From contig JWZX01003398.1 of the NCBI GenBank assembly GCA_001275005.1, forward strand, positions 1 to 64,000: a DNA stretch of 64,000 bases, in the 5' to 3' direction. This document shows positions 24,505 to 34,590 of the stretch, piece after piece. The position numbers and the translations under genes are program-made. The notes under the pieces were generated by a model. It was not told the DNA's origin. It searched no databases and saw only the letters and a list, made by a program, of their open reading frames with translations. How positions within the stretch are numbered: the first letter of the stretch is position 1; each line of letters starts with the position of its first letter. Origin of the DNA: Chrysochromulina tobinii. Lineage: Eukaryota.

Positions 24505-26631
24505 CCACCACCACAATCGTGGTGCCTCTGGTCAAGGGCGCGACGCGGCGTGGACAAGGGCCCTGCACGAGGCGATCATGAGCTTGCCACCGGCCGCGCC
24601 GGAGATCTTGCAACAGTTACCCTATCATCCGCCTCTCAGCAAGGTTGACCCGAGTGATGACAGCTCGGCTGATGACTTCTTGGGTGAGCGTGACGCTGTT
24701 TGGGTTGAGTGGATGAGGGCAGTGGGCACGGTTGGCGCCTCGACAGAGTTCAAGCCGCGTGGCTGGGTACTGCCTGCACGCTCGGCGTTGGATGCTGCCA
24801 ACAGGACAGCCGACCCAGCTCTTGACAAAACTGTCGACGCCGAGCCTGGGACTGCAAAGCCTACACCTCGCGCAAAGCGCGAGGACGGCGAGGGCAGTGA
24901 GACCAGTTCTCCACGCGGCGACATGGGTACGCTGATGGCCACGGATGACCTGCCGGGCATGCAAGTGCTCACCACGGCGCCCTCTTCCCCTTGTCCCACA
25001 GGCGCGGGTTCTCCTCTTGGCGACGATGCCGGCGGCGAGATGCTTGCGCACGACGGCGGGCTTGTGGGTACGAGAGTGAGCAAGGGCGAGGGCGATCGTC
25101 ACTTGGTGCTGCAGGAGCCAGTGGGAGAAGGCAGCGTCATCGTAGAGTACCACGGCGAGCTTGTCGTCGATTGCGACAGCATGGTACGCGCGCTCTCCAA
25201 ATACCACACCGTGTGGCCACCGCTGCTATACATCCTGCGGCTGGGCACCTCGTCGCTCGCCATGGATATCTCTCGTGTGGCGTCCCATGGCCGACTCGCC
25301 GAGCATTGTTCATGCAACCCTACGTGCGAGCTGCATGCTTGTCGTACTAGAGCGTCCGACGGCAGCTGGGTTCCGCGCCTCGTGCTGCTCGCGGGCCGTC
25401 CGCTTGCCTCCGGGCAGCTCGCTACCGTCGACTACACACGCTTCTCAATCTCGGGACGTGAGAGCCATGTGCATGCCGACTGGATTCTGCAGCTGCGCGC
25501 GACCACGCCGGCCGTACGCCGCTTTCCGCCGCCAACCGAAGCCTCCATCACCACGCTCGTCAACACGCATGCCGAGTTGAGCTCCTCGCTCGCGCGCCGG
25601 CACCACGCGATCGCCTCGGCGTGCAGCAGCGCGCAGGGCGGGCGGGGTGCAGCACCCCGTCAGCTGCCGCCGACGAGGCCGAGGGATCGCTCGAGGACGC
25701 GCCCAGCACGGCGCCCTCGGCATCCAGCACGACGCCCAGCACGGCGCCCAAGCTGCCTATCCAGGAGATGCCACCTGCCGAGCAGCAACGCGTGCTCGTG
25801 GGCATCCTCAAGCGGTTGCGCAAGGAGCCGTGCGACCTCCTCCACTGTCGCTTCCGCAAGAGCGAGCAGGCGAGCGAGAGGCGGCTGACCAAGGAGCTCG
25901 CCAAGGAGGCGGTGGGTCTCGAGGTGTCCAAGGCCGCCGTGGGCGCCGTGCTGGGCGGCGTGGGCGGGCGGGCAGCGAGCGGCGGACGTGGGCGTGGCCG
26001 CAGCGCACGGGGCAGGGGCGGCGGTCCATCCGCGGCGCAGCCGGCAGCATCGCTCGTCGGAGGGAGCTTTGACGAAGTGGACGAGATGACTCATGAGGCC
26101 GAGCGACCTGCATGCAATGAGGGAGGCGATCGCGAGCTGCATGCAATGAGGGAGGTGACTCATGAGGCCGAGCGACCCACCGGTCTCATCAGTACTCTCG
26201 GCTTCATGGAGCGACCCACCGGCCGCGGTCGAGGCTCTCGCGGCGGTGGCCGTGGGCCAATTGGTGGTCGTGGCACAGGTGGTGCCAAGAGGGAACGCGA
26301 CGCGGCGATGGGCGCTGGCAAGGACGGATACGACTGGAGGCAAGGATGGAAGCGCGTGGTCACGCTACCCGTGGGCAATTCGCCCCCCCCAGTGCCGACC
26401 GGTGTCCAGCCTGGCTGGCCTGCTGCCGAGCAGTCTGGATTTGCCCCAATGCAGACCGGCGACATGACGAGCGACGCGCGCGCACCGCAGCAGTTTCTGC
26501 CCATCGCCCCTTGGAACCGTCAAGCGGGCTACAGTGCAAGCGAGGATACCGGTACGGATCCGTCGGCCATGTATGTGGCCGATGACTCCATGGACAGCGA
26601 GCAGCAAGCCGGGGATCTCGCGGTTGACTGA
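22377..26631 (+). CDS. Large multi-exon protein with a divergent SET-like domain; 3' junction near 25620-25670 unresolved
   Basis: ORFs 22182..23255 and 23459..25888 join via intron 23252..23454 (GALW-YLVHM). SET-like IVEYHGELV, GRLAEHCSCNPTCE and RPLASGQLATVDY. ORF 25621..26631 is the probable continuation. Confidence 0.6.
23252..23454 (+). other. 203-nt GT-AG intron largely made of ~11-nt tandem units (GACCTCGGAGT / GACCTCAATCT)
   Basis: CTG|GTAGCG...CTCTCAG|GTAC restores the frame and removes an in-frame TAG. Confidence 0.85.
26108..26176 (-). other. 69-nt intron-shaped insertion antisense to the host ORF
   Basis: 22-bp direct repeat at 26087-26108 and 26156-26177; minus strand reads GT...CCTCCCTCATTGCATGCAG|GT. 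Confidence 0.7.
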
Positions 26632-27115
26632 ACGCAGTCGCCGCGACATTGCGGAAAAGGCCGGCGAGATGAGAGAACTGCCAGAAGGTTCCAACGGGGG
26701 GTGACGTGTGAGGAAAGGCGTGTGTCAGTGCGCGCGCGCCGGCTGCCGCGCTTGACGCAGAGCTGTTTCAGACATCAGAGAGCGGAGTGACAAGTTCAGA
26801 CATCAGAGAGCGTGACGAGTCGAGTTCAGACACGAGAGCGTATACACGCAGAGGAGAATGAGCGCAGACCGCGAGCACGCCGGACGATCAGCGGTCTGTC
26901 CGAAAGGTTGAGTCTTGAGTTAATCAATCGTGTGCCCCTGACCCAGCACATACAGGTTGCACGACAGCTGACGCGGACACCCAGTTCCGGAAGACGTCGC
27001 ACGCCGTCCTCGGACCGGCGTCTAAGCTCTAACGGTCCTCAGAAACAATTGGGTTTTCCCGACGGGCCGCGCGTGTGCCGACTGCCGTGTCGCTGTCGGG
27101 TGCCGGGTGGTGTGT

Positions 27116-28815
27116 TCACGCCTCCACCGTGGCTGCACTTGGCAGAGCGCTCGCCGTGGCGCGCCAGCCAGCCTTGAGCTGCTCAAAGTGCATCTTTACC
27201 TTCTGCTGCATCCCGTCGTGATAGGCCAAGTTGCGGTTCTCGAGCGGATCCGCCGTCAAATTGTAGAGCTCAAAGCCACAATCTTTCTGTTCCATGGTCC
27301 ATGTCGTCTCGTTCCTGATGCCATCGAAGTCGACCCACGCGGTGAAGCGCACCTCGACGAGGCGCATCGAGTAGCCCATGATCTTGGGCGGGCTCCCCTT
27401 CCGCGGATACTGTGAGTAGCTTGCATTCTTCCATGCGCGCGTCGGGTTTTTGATGAGGGGCATCATGGAAGTGCCTTCAGTGCAGAGCGCCGTCTTCCAC
27501 GGCTTTGCAACCGGGCACACAGGAACCGGCGGGAGACCGGCGGCTTCGATGAGCGTCGCCATGATGTCCACGTGCTCGACGAGGGCATGCGAGACGAGCC
27601 CGCCATCCGTCAGCCCGGGGATACGCAGAAGCACGGGCGCCAGGGTATCCTCCTGAAAATTGGTATGCTTTGCCCAGGCGCCATGGTGCCCCAGCTTCCA
27701 CCCATGATCGCCCCAGAAGATGACGATGGTCGAATTCCAGAGGCCTAGCACCTGATGATGGAAGCAATCAGTGGTCATCATTGGTCATCATTGGTCATCA
27801 GCACACAGCGCTCGATGGTCGAAATCCAGAGGCATAGCACCTTGAGCTCGTTGAGCAGTGCGCCCATGTTGCTATCCGTGAAGCTCAACGCCGCTTGGTA
27901 CGCCCGCACCAGCTCGAGGGCTTTCCAGTCGGGGAGAGTCTCATTGATGGCGCCGGTGAAGCCCAGGGCGGCGACGTCGCTGTAGCTTTGGAGCTCCTCA
28001 GATGCGTAAGCGACCGCAGGCATGTCCCAGGGCGCGTACGGGTTAGGCGCGAGCTGCGTATCCGCTGCGGGGTAAAGGTCGAAGAAGCTCGACGGCGCGA
28101 CAAAGGGCAGATGTGGCTTGCGAAGCCCCACCGCCAAGAAAAACGGCTGTGGGGTCTCGCCGTTAACGAGCGCAGAGCGTTGGGCAGCCGCGAGACGGCG
28201 CATCCACATGAGACCGTGCTCACGGACTTGCGAGTCCTGGCACAGGCCGACCACACTCTCGTTGACAGACCTCCAAGAGAGCCCTGACCCTTGCTCCGAA
28301 GCTTGCAGCTCCGAGATGTCGCCCTCGTGCCATGGCCAGAAATCGGCTTTCGGTTGACACTGGCCGGGTCCGTCGTCCTGGCCCAAGAACCAACCGTCCT
28401 TGCCCGTGGTCGTGCCGTTGAAGTCGGTCCACGAATTCGGGTCATCATAATAGGATGCGTGGCCATCGTGAAAGATCTTGCCCATGCCCACCGTGATGTA
28501 ACCGGCCGCCGTGAAAATACCGGGGATCGTGATGCAGTCGGCGCATCCCACCTCACGCGTGTTATCATACAGGTTGTAGACGTGCGTCGTATCCGGGCGG
28601 CGACCATAGAGGACGCTCGTGCGGCTGGGCGAGCACACAGCTTGCTGCACGTGCGAGTTTGTCAGAAGGATCGCGTCATCCATGAATTTGTCAAGGTTTG
28701 GCGTCATCATGTACTTGTACTTGAGCGTCTGTGGCTCTGGCCAGCGGTTGATCATCGGCCGCAGGTCGTCGTTGGGGATGAAGAGCACGTTCGGCCGCGT
28801 CGCGATCGACATCAT
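27116..28815 (-). CDS. Formylglycine-dependent sulfatase (iduronate-2-sulfatase-like), 2 exons
   Basis: RPNVLFIPNDDLRP, CSPSRTSVLYGR (CxPxR), GMGKIFH, GLRKPHLPF, GDHGW and ELYNL..DPLE. Intron 27752..27840 joins ELK|VLGLWNSTIV. Confidence 0.92.
27752..27840 (-). other. 89-nt intron: exon duplication + TGATGACCA repeats + 3' cassette
   Basis: 27724-27753 and 27813-27842 are 30-bp direct repeats with 2 mismatches; ends CTGATTGCTTCCATCATCAG. Confidence 0.9.
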
Positions 28816-28823
28816 GATCGTTA

Positions 28824-29145
28824 CCGGTAAAAAAACACCGGGGGAGCCGGGACACTTCGGACACGGCACAAACACGGGACACACGGACAGCCGACCCTCA
28901 CAACCATCCCAACCCACCAACGCACCCGCGCGACCGCGAGACGACCGAAGTGGGTTCGAGTGAAGCACCACTCCGACCCACCCCCCTTTTATTACCGCTT
29001 CGGTCGTCGCGCTGACGAGTGACGTGCGGGGTGTGTGTTGTTGGTGGGTTTGGTTGGTTGTGAGATTCGTCTGTGTGCCTTTGTGCGTCCGCGTGTTCCG
29101 TGTGTCTCGTGTGTGTCCCGGCTCCCCCCGGTGTCTTTTTACCGG
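28824..29145. mobile_element. 322-bp MITE with ~33-bp terminal inverted repeats and TA flanks (Tc1/mariner-type footprint)
   Basis: Left TA|CCGGTAAAAAAACACCGGGGGAGCCGGGACAC; right GTGTCCCGGCTCCCCCCGGTGTCTTTTTACCGG|TA. CA-rich left arm mirrors a GT-rich right arm. Confidence 0.85.
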
Positions 29146-29201
29146 TACGGTGCCGGGCAATACTCCGTTGTGTTGAGCATCAGAATTGACGAGCATCAGA
29201 A

Positions 29202-30506
29202 ATGAAAGGCTCCTCTCCCGAGGACAACGTCAAGCAGGCATTCGTCGCTGTTTTCATCTGTCTGCTTTTATCAGTAGTAGCTGCGCTCATCACTGATATT
29301 CGTCTCCAGCACCGATACCGAGGGTCCTCATTTCGTCAGCTCTCCGACCGCGAGCGCTACCTCATCCTCTCCACGGCAGTTGCTTCTTGATCGATGGCAC
29401 TGCCACCGTCGCCGTCATGGGTGCCACCAATTTGCCTCGATGGGTCCCACCTCTTCTTCTTTGGTTACAGTGAAGTTGGTCGGCACGTCACATGGATTCG
29501 TGAGCAGCTTGATTGCCTGCCATCATGCTCGCAGCAGTGCACTTCGAGTGGCAGCAAGCTTGCTGCTGGATCACACATTGGAAGCTGCAAACGCTTCAAC
29601 CTGACCGTCTCCAGCGTCACGCCAATGTGCTTCCAGGCCGGTGCTAAAAGTCGATTTACGAGAGAGGCGAAGGGTATGCTCAACATGTCGTCCAGGGATC
29701 TTAAGCACGAGGCCATTCGCCTCAGCGTTACAGCTGCCTTCACCGAGTTACGAGATGGGCTCTGCCGCGAAAATCGTTACGGCGGCATGGGCGGAATCAA
29801 CGCGTCGTGCATGCATGCGAGCTCCAAATTCAACATGAACTACAGGTGGAAAACTTTCCAGAGCGACGGATACGATGCCGGAGACCAAGCCCGCGTCCTC
29901 GAGGCGGCCAGGCGCGGAGGCCCAGTCATCGTCATCCTAGAAGGCGGCGGTCCACACCACTTTGCCAAGTTTCCAGAGCATCACCGAGTCAGGACAGGAA
30001 AAACAAAGCAGACCCTTTTCACCGCTGTAGAAGACGACTGGAGAATGCCACAAACATGGGTTGACGACTACATGATAGGGACTAAGGCGCTGCTGAGGCG
30101 CCATGCCACTGCGTACCCTTCCAATGTTTGTGTCCTGTGGAAGACGATGCACATCGGTCCACGCTCCAACAACACAAGCACCCACCACCCGAGTGTCGTC
30201 AACGGACTCCATCACTGGCTCAACCGTTTGGCGATCGCTGCAGCGCAAGATGCCAGGGTAGGGATTCTCGACCTTTCAGACCTGACCATGACCATGACGG
30301 CTACACCCAAGCTCACAGGTGCCCATGCGGCCGTGTCAGCTGAGGGCGATCCATACCATGGCTTTCCCCAAGGGGTGTTGGTTCCGGAGCTCTTGCAACG
30401 AGCCTGCACAAGGTGCAGTCTTTCAGTTCATCGCCCATCTGGGTCTCCAATGGTCTTGCCCAAGGATGTGATTCCATCTCAATGTGGAACTGCACCTGGT
30501 ACATGA
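29202..30506 (+). CDS. SGNH/PC-esterase-like protein (possible polysaccharide O-acetyl transferase or esterase); N-terminal TM segment separated by an in-frame TGA at 29388-29390
   Basis: CLDGSHLFFFGYS (GDS-like), GGGPHH, VLWKT and GDPYHG (DxxH). ORFs 29202..29390 and 29394..30506 share a frame. Confidence 0.55.
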
Positions 30507-30766
30507 GTGTGCGAGCGTTAGTTCACATAAAATACGAACACGCGGTCACGACGTCGCTCCGGAAACACCCTCAAACCAATACCTTTCACTTGCATGGTTG
30601 CTCGGCTTGGTTGCTTCGGGACCTCTCGAGAGACAAGAACTTAATTAGCTGGGGGGCGCGAGTTTGAGCTGACCTTCGCCTCGTAGTTGACTTGACTTGA
30701 CTTGACTTGACTTGCACGACTGTGAACTCGTCGCTTCGGAGCTCGAGAACACAGTCGAGAGAAAGA

Positions 30767-32501
30767 ATGATGGGTCACGCTCAGTTGCTGAGCCTGTGGC
30801 TGCTGCCCACCACGGCACTTCATTTTGCCGTGCCCGGCCGAAGCGGCTGCAGCGGCTGCAGCGGCTGTATCATCCGTCGTCGCTCGCCGCCAGCCGCCAT
30901 GGCCGCCTTTGGCGCAGAGACCATCAACGTGGAGCCCGGTGCGAAGTGCTATCTCGTCGGCGCAGTAGTCAAACGCGACCGATACAAGACGCTAGTCAAT
31001 TCGTGGGGTATCGATGACTCCCTTGATGAGCTGCAGCGGCTCTGCGAGACGGCGGGTCTCGAGGTGCTTGGCCGCGACTACCAAACGCTTCAGCACCCGT
31101 CACCTTCGACCTTCATTGGGCAAGGCAAGCTCGACGAGATCGCGGCTTTGGTGAAATCGATGCGCGTGAGCACAGTCATCTTCGACGAGGAGCTCACGCC
31201 GGCCCAGGGCCGTAACATCCAGAACGTGCTCATCGAGGCATGCGGCGAGCAGGTGCAGGTCCTCGATCGGACAATGCTCATCCTCGTCATCTTTTCGCAG
31301 CGCGCGCGCACGAGCGAGGCCAAGCTGCAAGTGGCTGCGGCGCAGATGAAGTACATGCTGCCGCGTCTCAAGTTCTTCCTCACGCAAGGTGCGGGTATGG
31401 ATGCCAAGGGTGGCAGCGGCGGCGGCATGTTCCTCAAGGGCTCCGGTGAGACCCAACTTGAGGAGGATCGCCGACTCTTTCGCAAGCAGCTCGGCAAGAT
31501 TGAGGACGATCTGGCGGCGGTGCAGGCGCAGCGCGACATGCTGCGCGCCAAGCGGCGCGAGGGCGATCGGCGCCCCGTCGTCGCCATCGTTGGGTACACG
31601 AACGCAGGCAAGTCCACGCTGCTCAACACCCTCTGTGGCTCCTCGGAGGTGTATGCGGACGATTTGCTGTTTGCGACGCTCGACCCGACGAGCAGACTAC
31701 ACGCGCTGCCCGGCGGCAAGGAGGTGCTGCTCACGGACACGGTCGGCTTCATCCAGAAGCTGCCCACCAAGCTCGTCGCCGCCTTCCGCGCCACGCTCGA
31801 TGAGCTTGTCGATGCCACCTTGCTCGTGCACGTGGTCGACGCCTCCTCAGAGATCGCCGTACAGCAGGTGCGCTCTGTCCAGGGCATCGTCAAAGAGCTC
31901 GAGGCGAGCGGCAAGCCACAGATCCTCGTGCTCAACAAGGCTGATGCCGTCGGTGCCGACCCGACGCTGGCGGCTCGTGCTGCGTCGACCGACTGGCTCC
32001 ACCTGGACGGCGACGTGACGCCGTGCGCGGTGCTCGCCATCCCGCTGAGTGCCTCTGATGACACTGCGGGTGCTCGCCATCCTGCTGAGTGCCTCTGATG
32101 ACACTGCAGGTGCTCGCCATCCTGCTGAGTGCCTCTGATGACACTGCAGGTGCTCGCCATCCCGCTGAGTGCCTCTGATGACACTGCAGGTGCTCGCCAT
32201 CTCGGCCCGCGATGGACGAAACCTCGATAAGCTCCGGAAGGAGATCGAGGCGGTTCTCGTGCGGATGTCCATCCAGGTCGAGTGCGTTCTCCCCTATGCC
32301 GAGGCCGCGCTCCTCGCCGAGGTCCATAAGACAGGCACCATCAGTACAGAGGAGTACGTGGATAAAGGCACGCGTCTCGTAGCCGCCGTGCCACTCTCAC
32401 TACGGAACCGCCTCGAGAAGGCATGCGTCACCGCCGCGACGCCCTTCAGCGCCGCGGACGTTACGGCCAAGGAACCGGTCAAGAGCCCTTCGGCACCTTG
32501 A
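30767..32501 (+). CDS. hflX: GTPase HflX, probably plastid-targeted; exons 30767-32029 and 32190-32501
   Basis: GETQLEEDRR, G1 GYTNAGKST, LFATLDPT, G3 DTVGFI, G4 NKAD and G5 ISA after splicing; N-terminal signal plus transit peptide. Confidence 0.95.
32030..32189 (+). other. 160-nt intron made of four tandem 40-nt units
   Basis: Unit GTGCTCGCCATCC(C/T)GCTGAGTGCCTCTGATGACACTGC(A/G)G x4; removal restores VTPCA|VLAISARDG. Confidence 0.9.
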
Positions 32502-33284
32502 CCGGATCAGGGCCAAACTTGCGAATTGATTCTGTCCGACTAGTAATTCAACCGTAATGTAGCCTACATCTCGCCATAGCACGCGGATAATAGCTGTGTC
32601 ATTTTAGACAGCTGCTCCGCTGTGAAGAAGCAAGAACAACAAAACAGAGGTTCGCGGCCACCGTGGGCAACATACATCAGGTGTCAGGTCTCGAGGTGCA
32701 AACCCTACCGGTATCACAGCAAATGGGTACCGGGTACCTTCACAGTAGCCAGGACAGAGCAAGGAGCACGTGCACGCTCTACTGGCACGCGCTCCGTCGC
32801 TCGCCGTGCTCAACGTGGCGTCGGTGCGATCGCTGCACGCGCACACCGCACCGCCCTCGCACACGGAATCCATGTTCCATCGAGTCCGCTCAGGTGCTTT
32901 CCTCCATGGTGCCCTGCTGGCATTCCGGGAGCACACAGCGTCTCCCTTTGTCTCTCATGACTGTGATTTTTCCGCGTGCCTTTCCGCAGTCGCGCGCCGC
33001 CGCCGACCAGTACGCCTCCCTCCTCTCTACCCCCACGCGCTTCACTGCCCAATCCTGAGGCCCCGAGCTGGGCTGCCTCTCTCTCGAGCGGAGGGCATGC
33101 GACTCTCCGTTCGCGATGAGCTTCAGAGCCACACACGGCACACGTGATCCCCCTCATACTTCCGGCATGCTGTGGGCTGTTGCATGCCTGCGTCGAGACC
33201 CTTCAAGCGCCCCTCGAGCTTTCAGCCGCTCGTGGTCCCATATCTCCATGCTGCCGATTTATACACACGTCTCTTGTTCGCAGG

Positions 33285-33830
33285 ATGAACGCGATGCTCA
33301 TCAACTATGTAGCGGAGAAGACAATCGCCCACAGCGACATCATCCGGTCGGTGGCGTTTTCCCCGGACGGGACCAAGATTGTGTCGGGATCGGACGACGA
33401 GACGATCAAAGTCTGGGATACGGGTGCGCCAAAGCCCTCAAACTCGCCCCTCCTTGGCCAAAACTGACGCCTGTTGGCTTGTTTGGCAGCCACGTTGGGG
33501 CTGCTCAGCGAGAAGACGAACGCCCACAGCCACTTCATCAACTCGGTCGCCTTCTCCCCGGACGGGACCAAGATTGTGTCTGGATCGTGGGACGCGACGA
33601 TCAAAGTCTGGGATGCAGATTCGTTCAACCTGCTCGAAACGCGTCCAGGCGAGGCCATGGCCTTCAGCAAAGAGGCCGAGGGTGTGGTGCGCGATGGCTC
33701 GACAATTCGCATGAAGGACGGGGGCGGCGCATTCTATGCGCCGAGCCCGATCTCGTGTGTGGCTGTGAGTTGGCCGAGGATTGCTGCCGGCGCGCAGTCA
33801 GGGGAGCTGTACCACCTCGAGGTGATGTGA
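33285..33830 (+). CDS. WD40-repeat protein fragment (2 clear repeats), intron 33424..33489; upstream exons unresolved, possibly a pseudogene
   Basis: [31 protein letters not shown] twice; acceptor-like TTCGCAG just before the ATG. Confidence 0.75.
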
Positions 33831-34590
33831 GAGCATGGAGGCGGACACCCAGCAGCGTATGGGCTCTCCGTGCGCTGTGTCCATGCGCAATCGACTTACA
33901 TGTTGGGAACGACGATTGCGGAATGGCAGAGGGTGGGACGTCGTGGGAACGGATATGGTGATTGGCGATTGCATGTACACGGATGCGCCGTCCATGCGGC
34001 TGCAGCGTGCAGGGTGAGATGCGTCAACTGAAGACTGTGCATTTGCGTGAGTCTGAGTGAGTCTGTGAACAATGAGTCTGAGTGTCGGTGTCTAGTGTGC
34101 CAGTCAGCATGGTCCGCGGTGGGGTCATTGCCGCATTCGCAGCGGTTTTATTCGCGGCAAATGGAATCGCTTTCGGGTTCGTCTGGAAAACGGGCCCCAC
34201 AGTGGAGCCCGCCCCGGTGCCCTAATGGACCACACCTTTTTTGCGCTTGTCGCGTGGCCGGTTGTGGACGGCATACGTTTTCACACCACTCGCGAGCGGA
34301 AGCCGCAGCTCGCACAGGCCACTGTGGACAGCCGGAGCCGACACTCAGACAGTCCGACTCTACTCTCATTCTATTGCCGGTGTTCCCACTCGAGGATCGT
34401 GGAGTTGATCTGTTCGAACCAGTCGGAGATGACGCGAGACGATTCGTCGTAATCGTCGACGCAGTCGCCTGCATAGGAGAAGGTCACGGAATCCGAGCCC
34501 TCGGAATTGCCGAAGGACAGAGTCCAGCTATCCCCATCACGCGACAGATTGGTGAAGGTCCAGGGACCGAATTCGCCCTCGTCGAACGTA

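Noticed and set aside
29388..29390. Selenocysteine codon
   Set aside because: No redox motif context and no SECIS identifiable by eye; kept only as an unexplained stop.
32030..32201. CRISPR-like 40-bp periodicity
   Set aside because: The 'spacers' are identical; the array is an intron whose removal restores HflX.
30767..32501. Bacterial contamination or recent HGT of hflX
   Set aside because: It has a targeting presequence, a spliceosomal intron and host-like codon usage.
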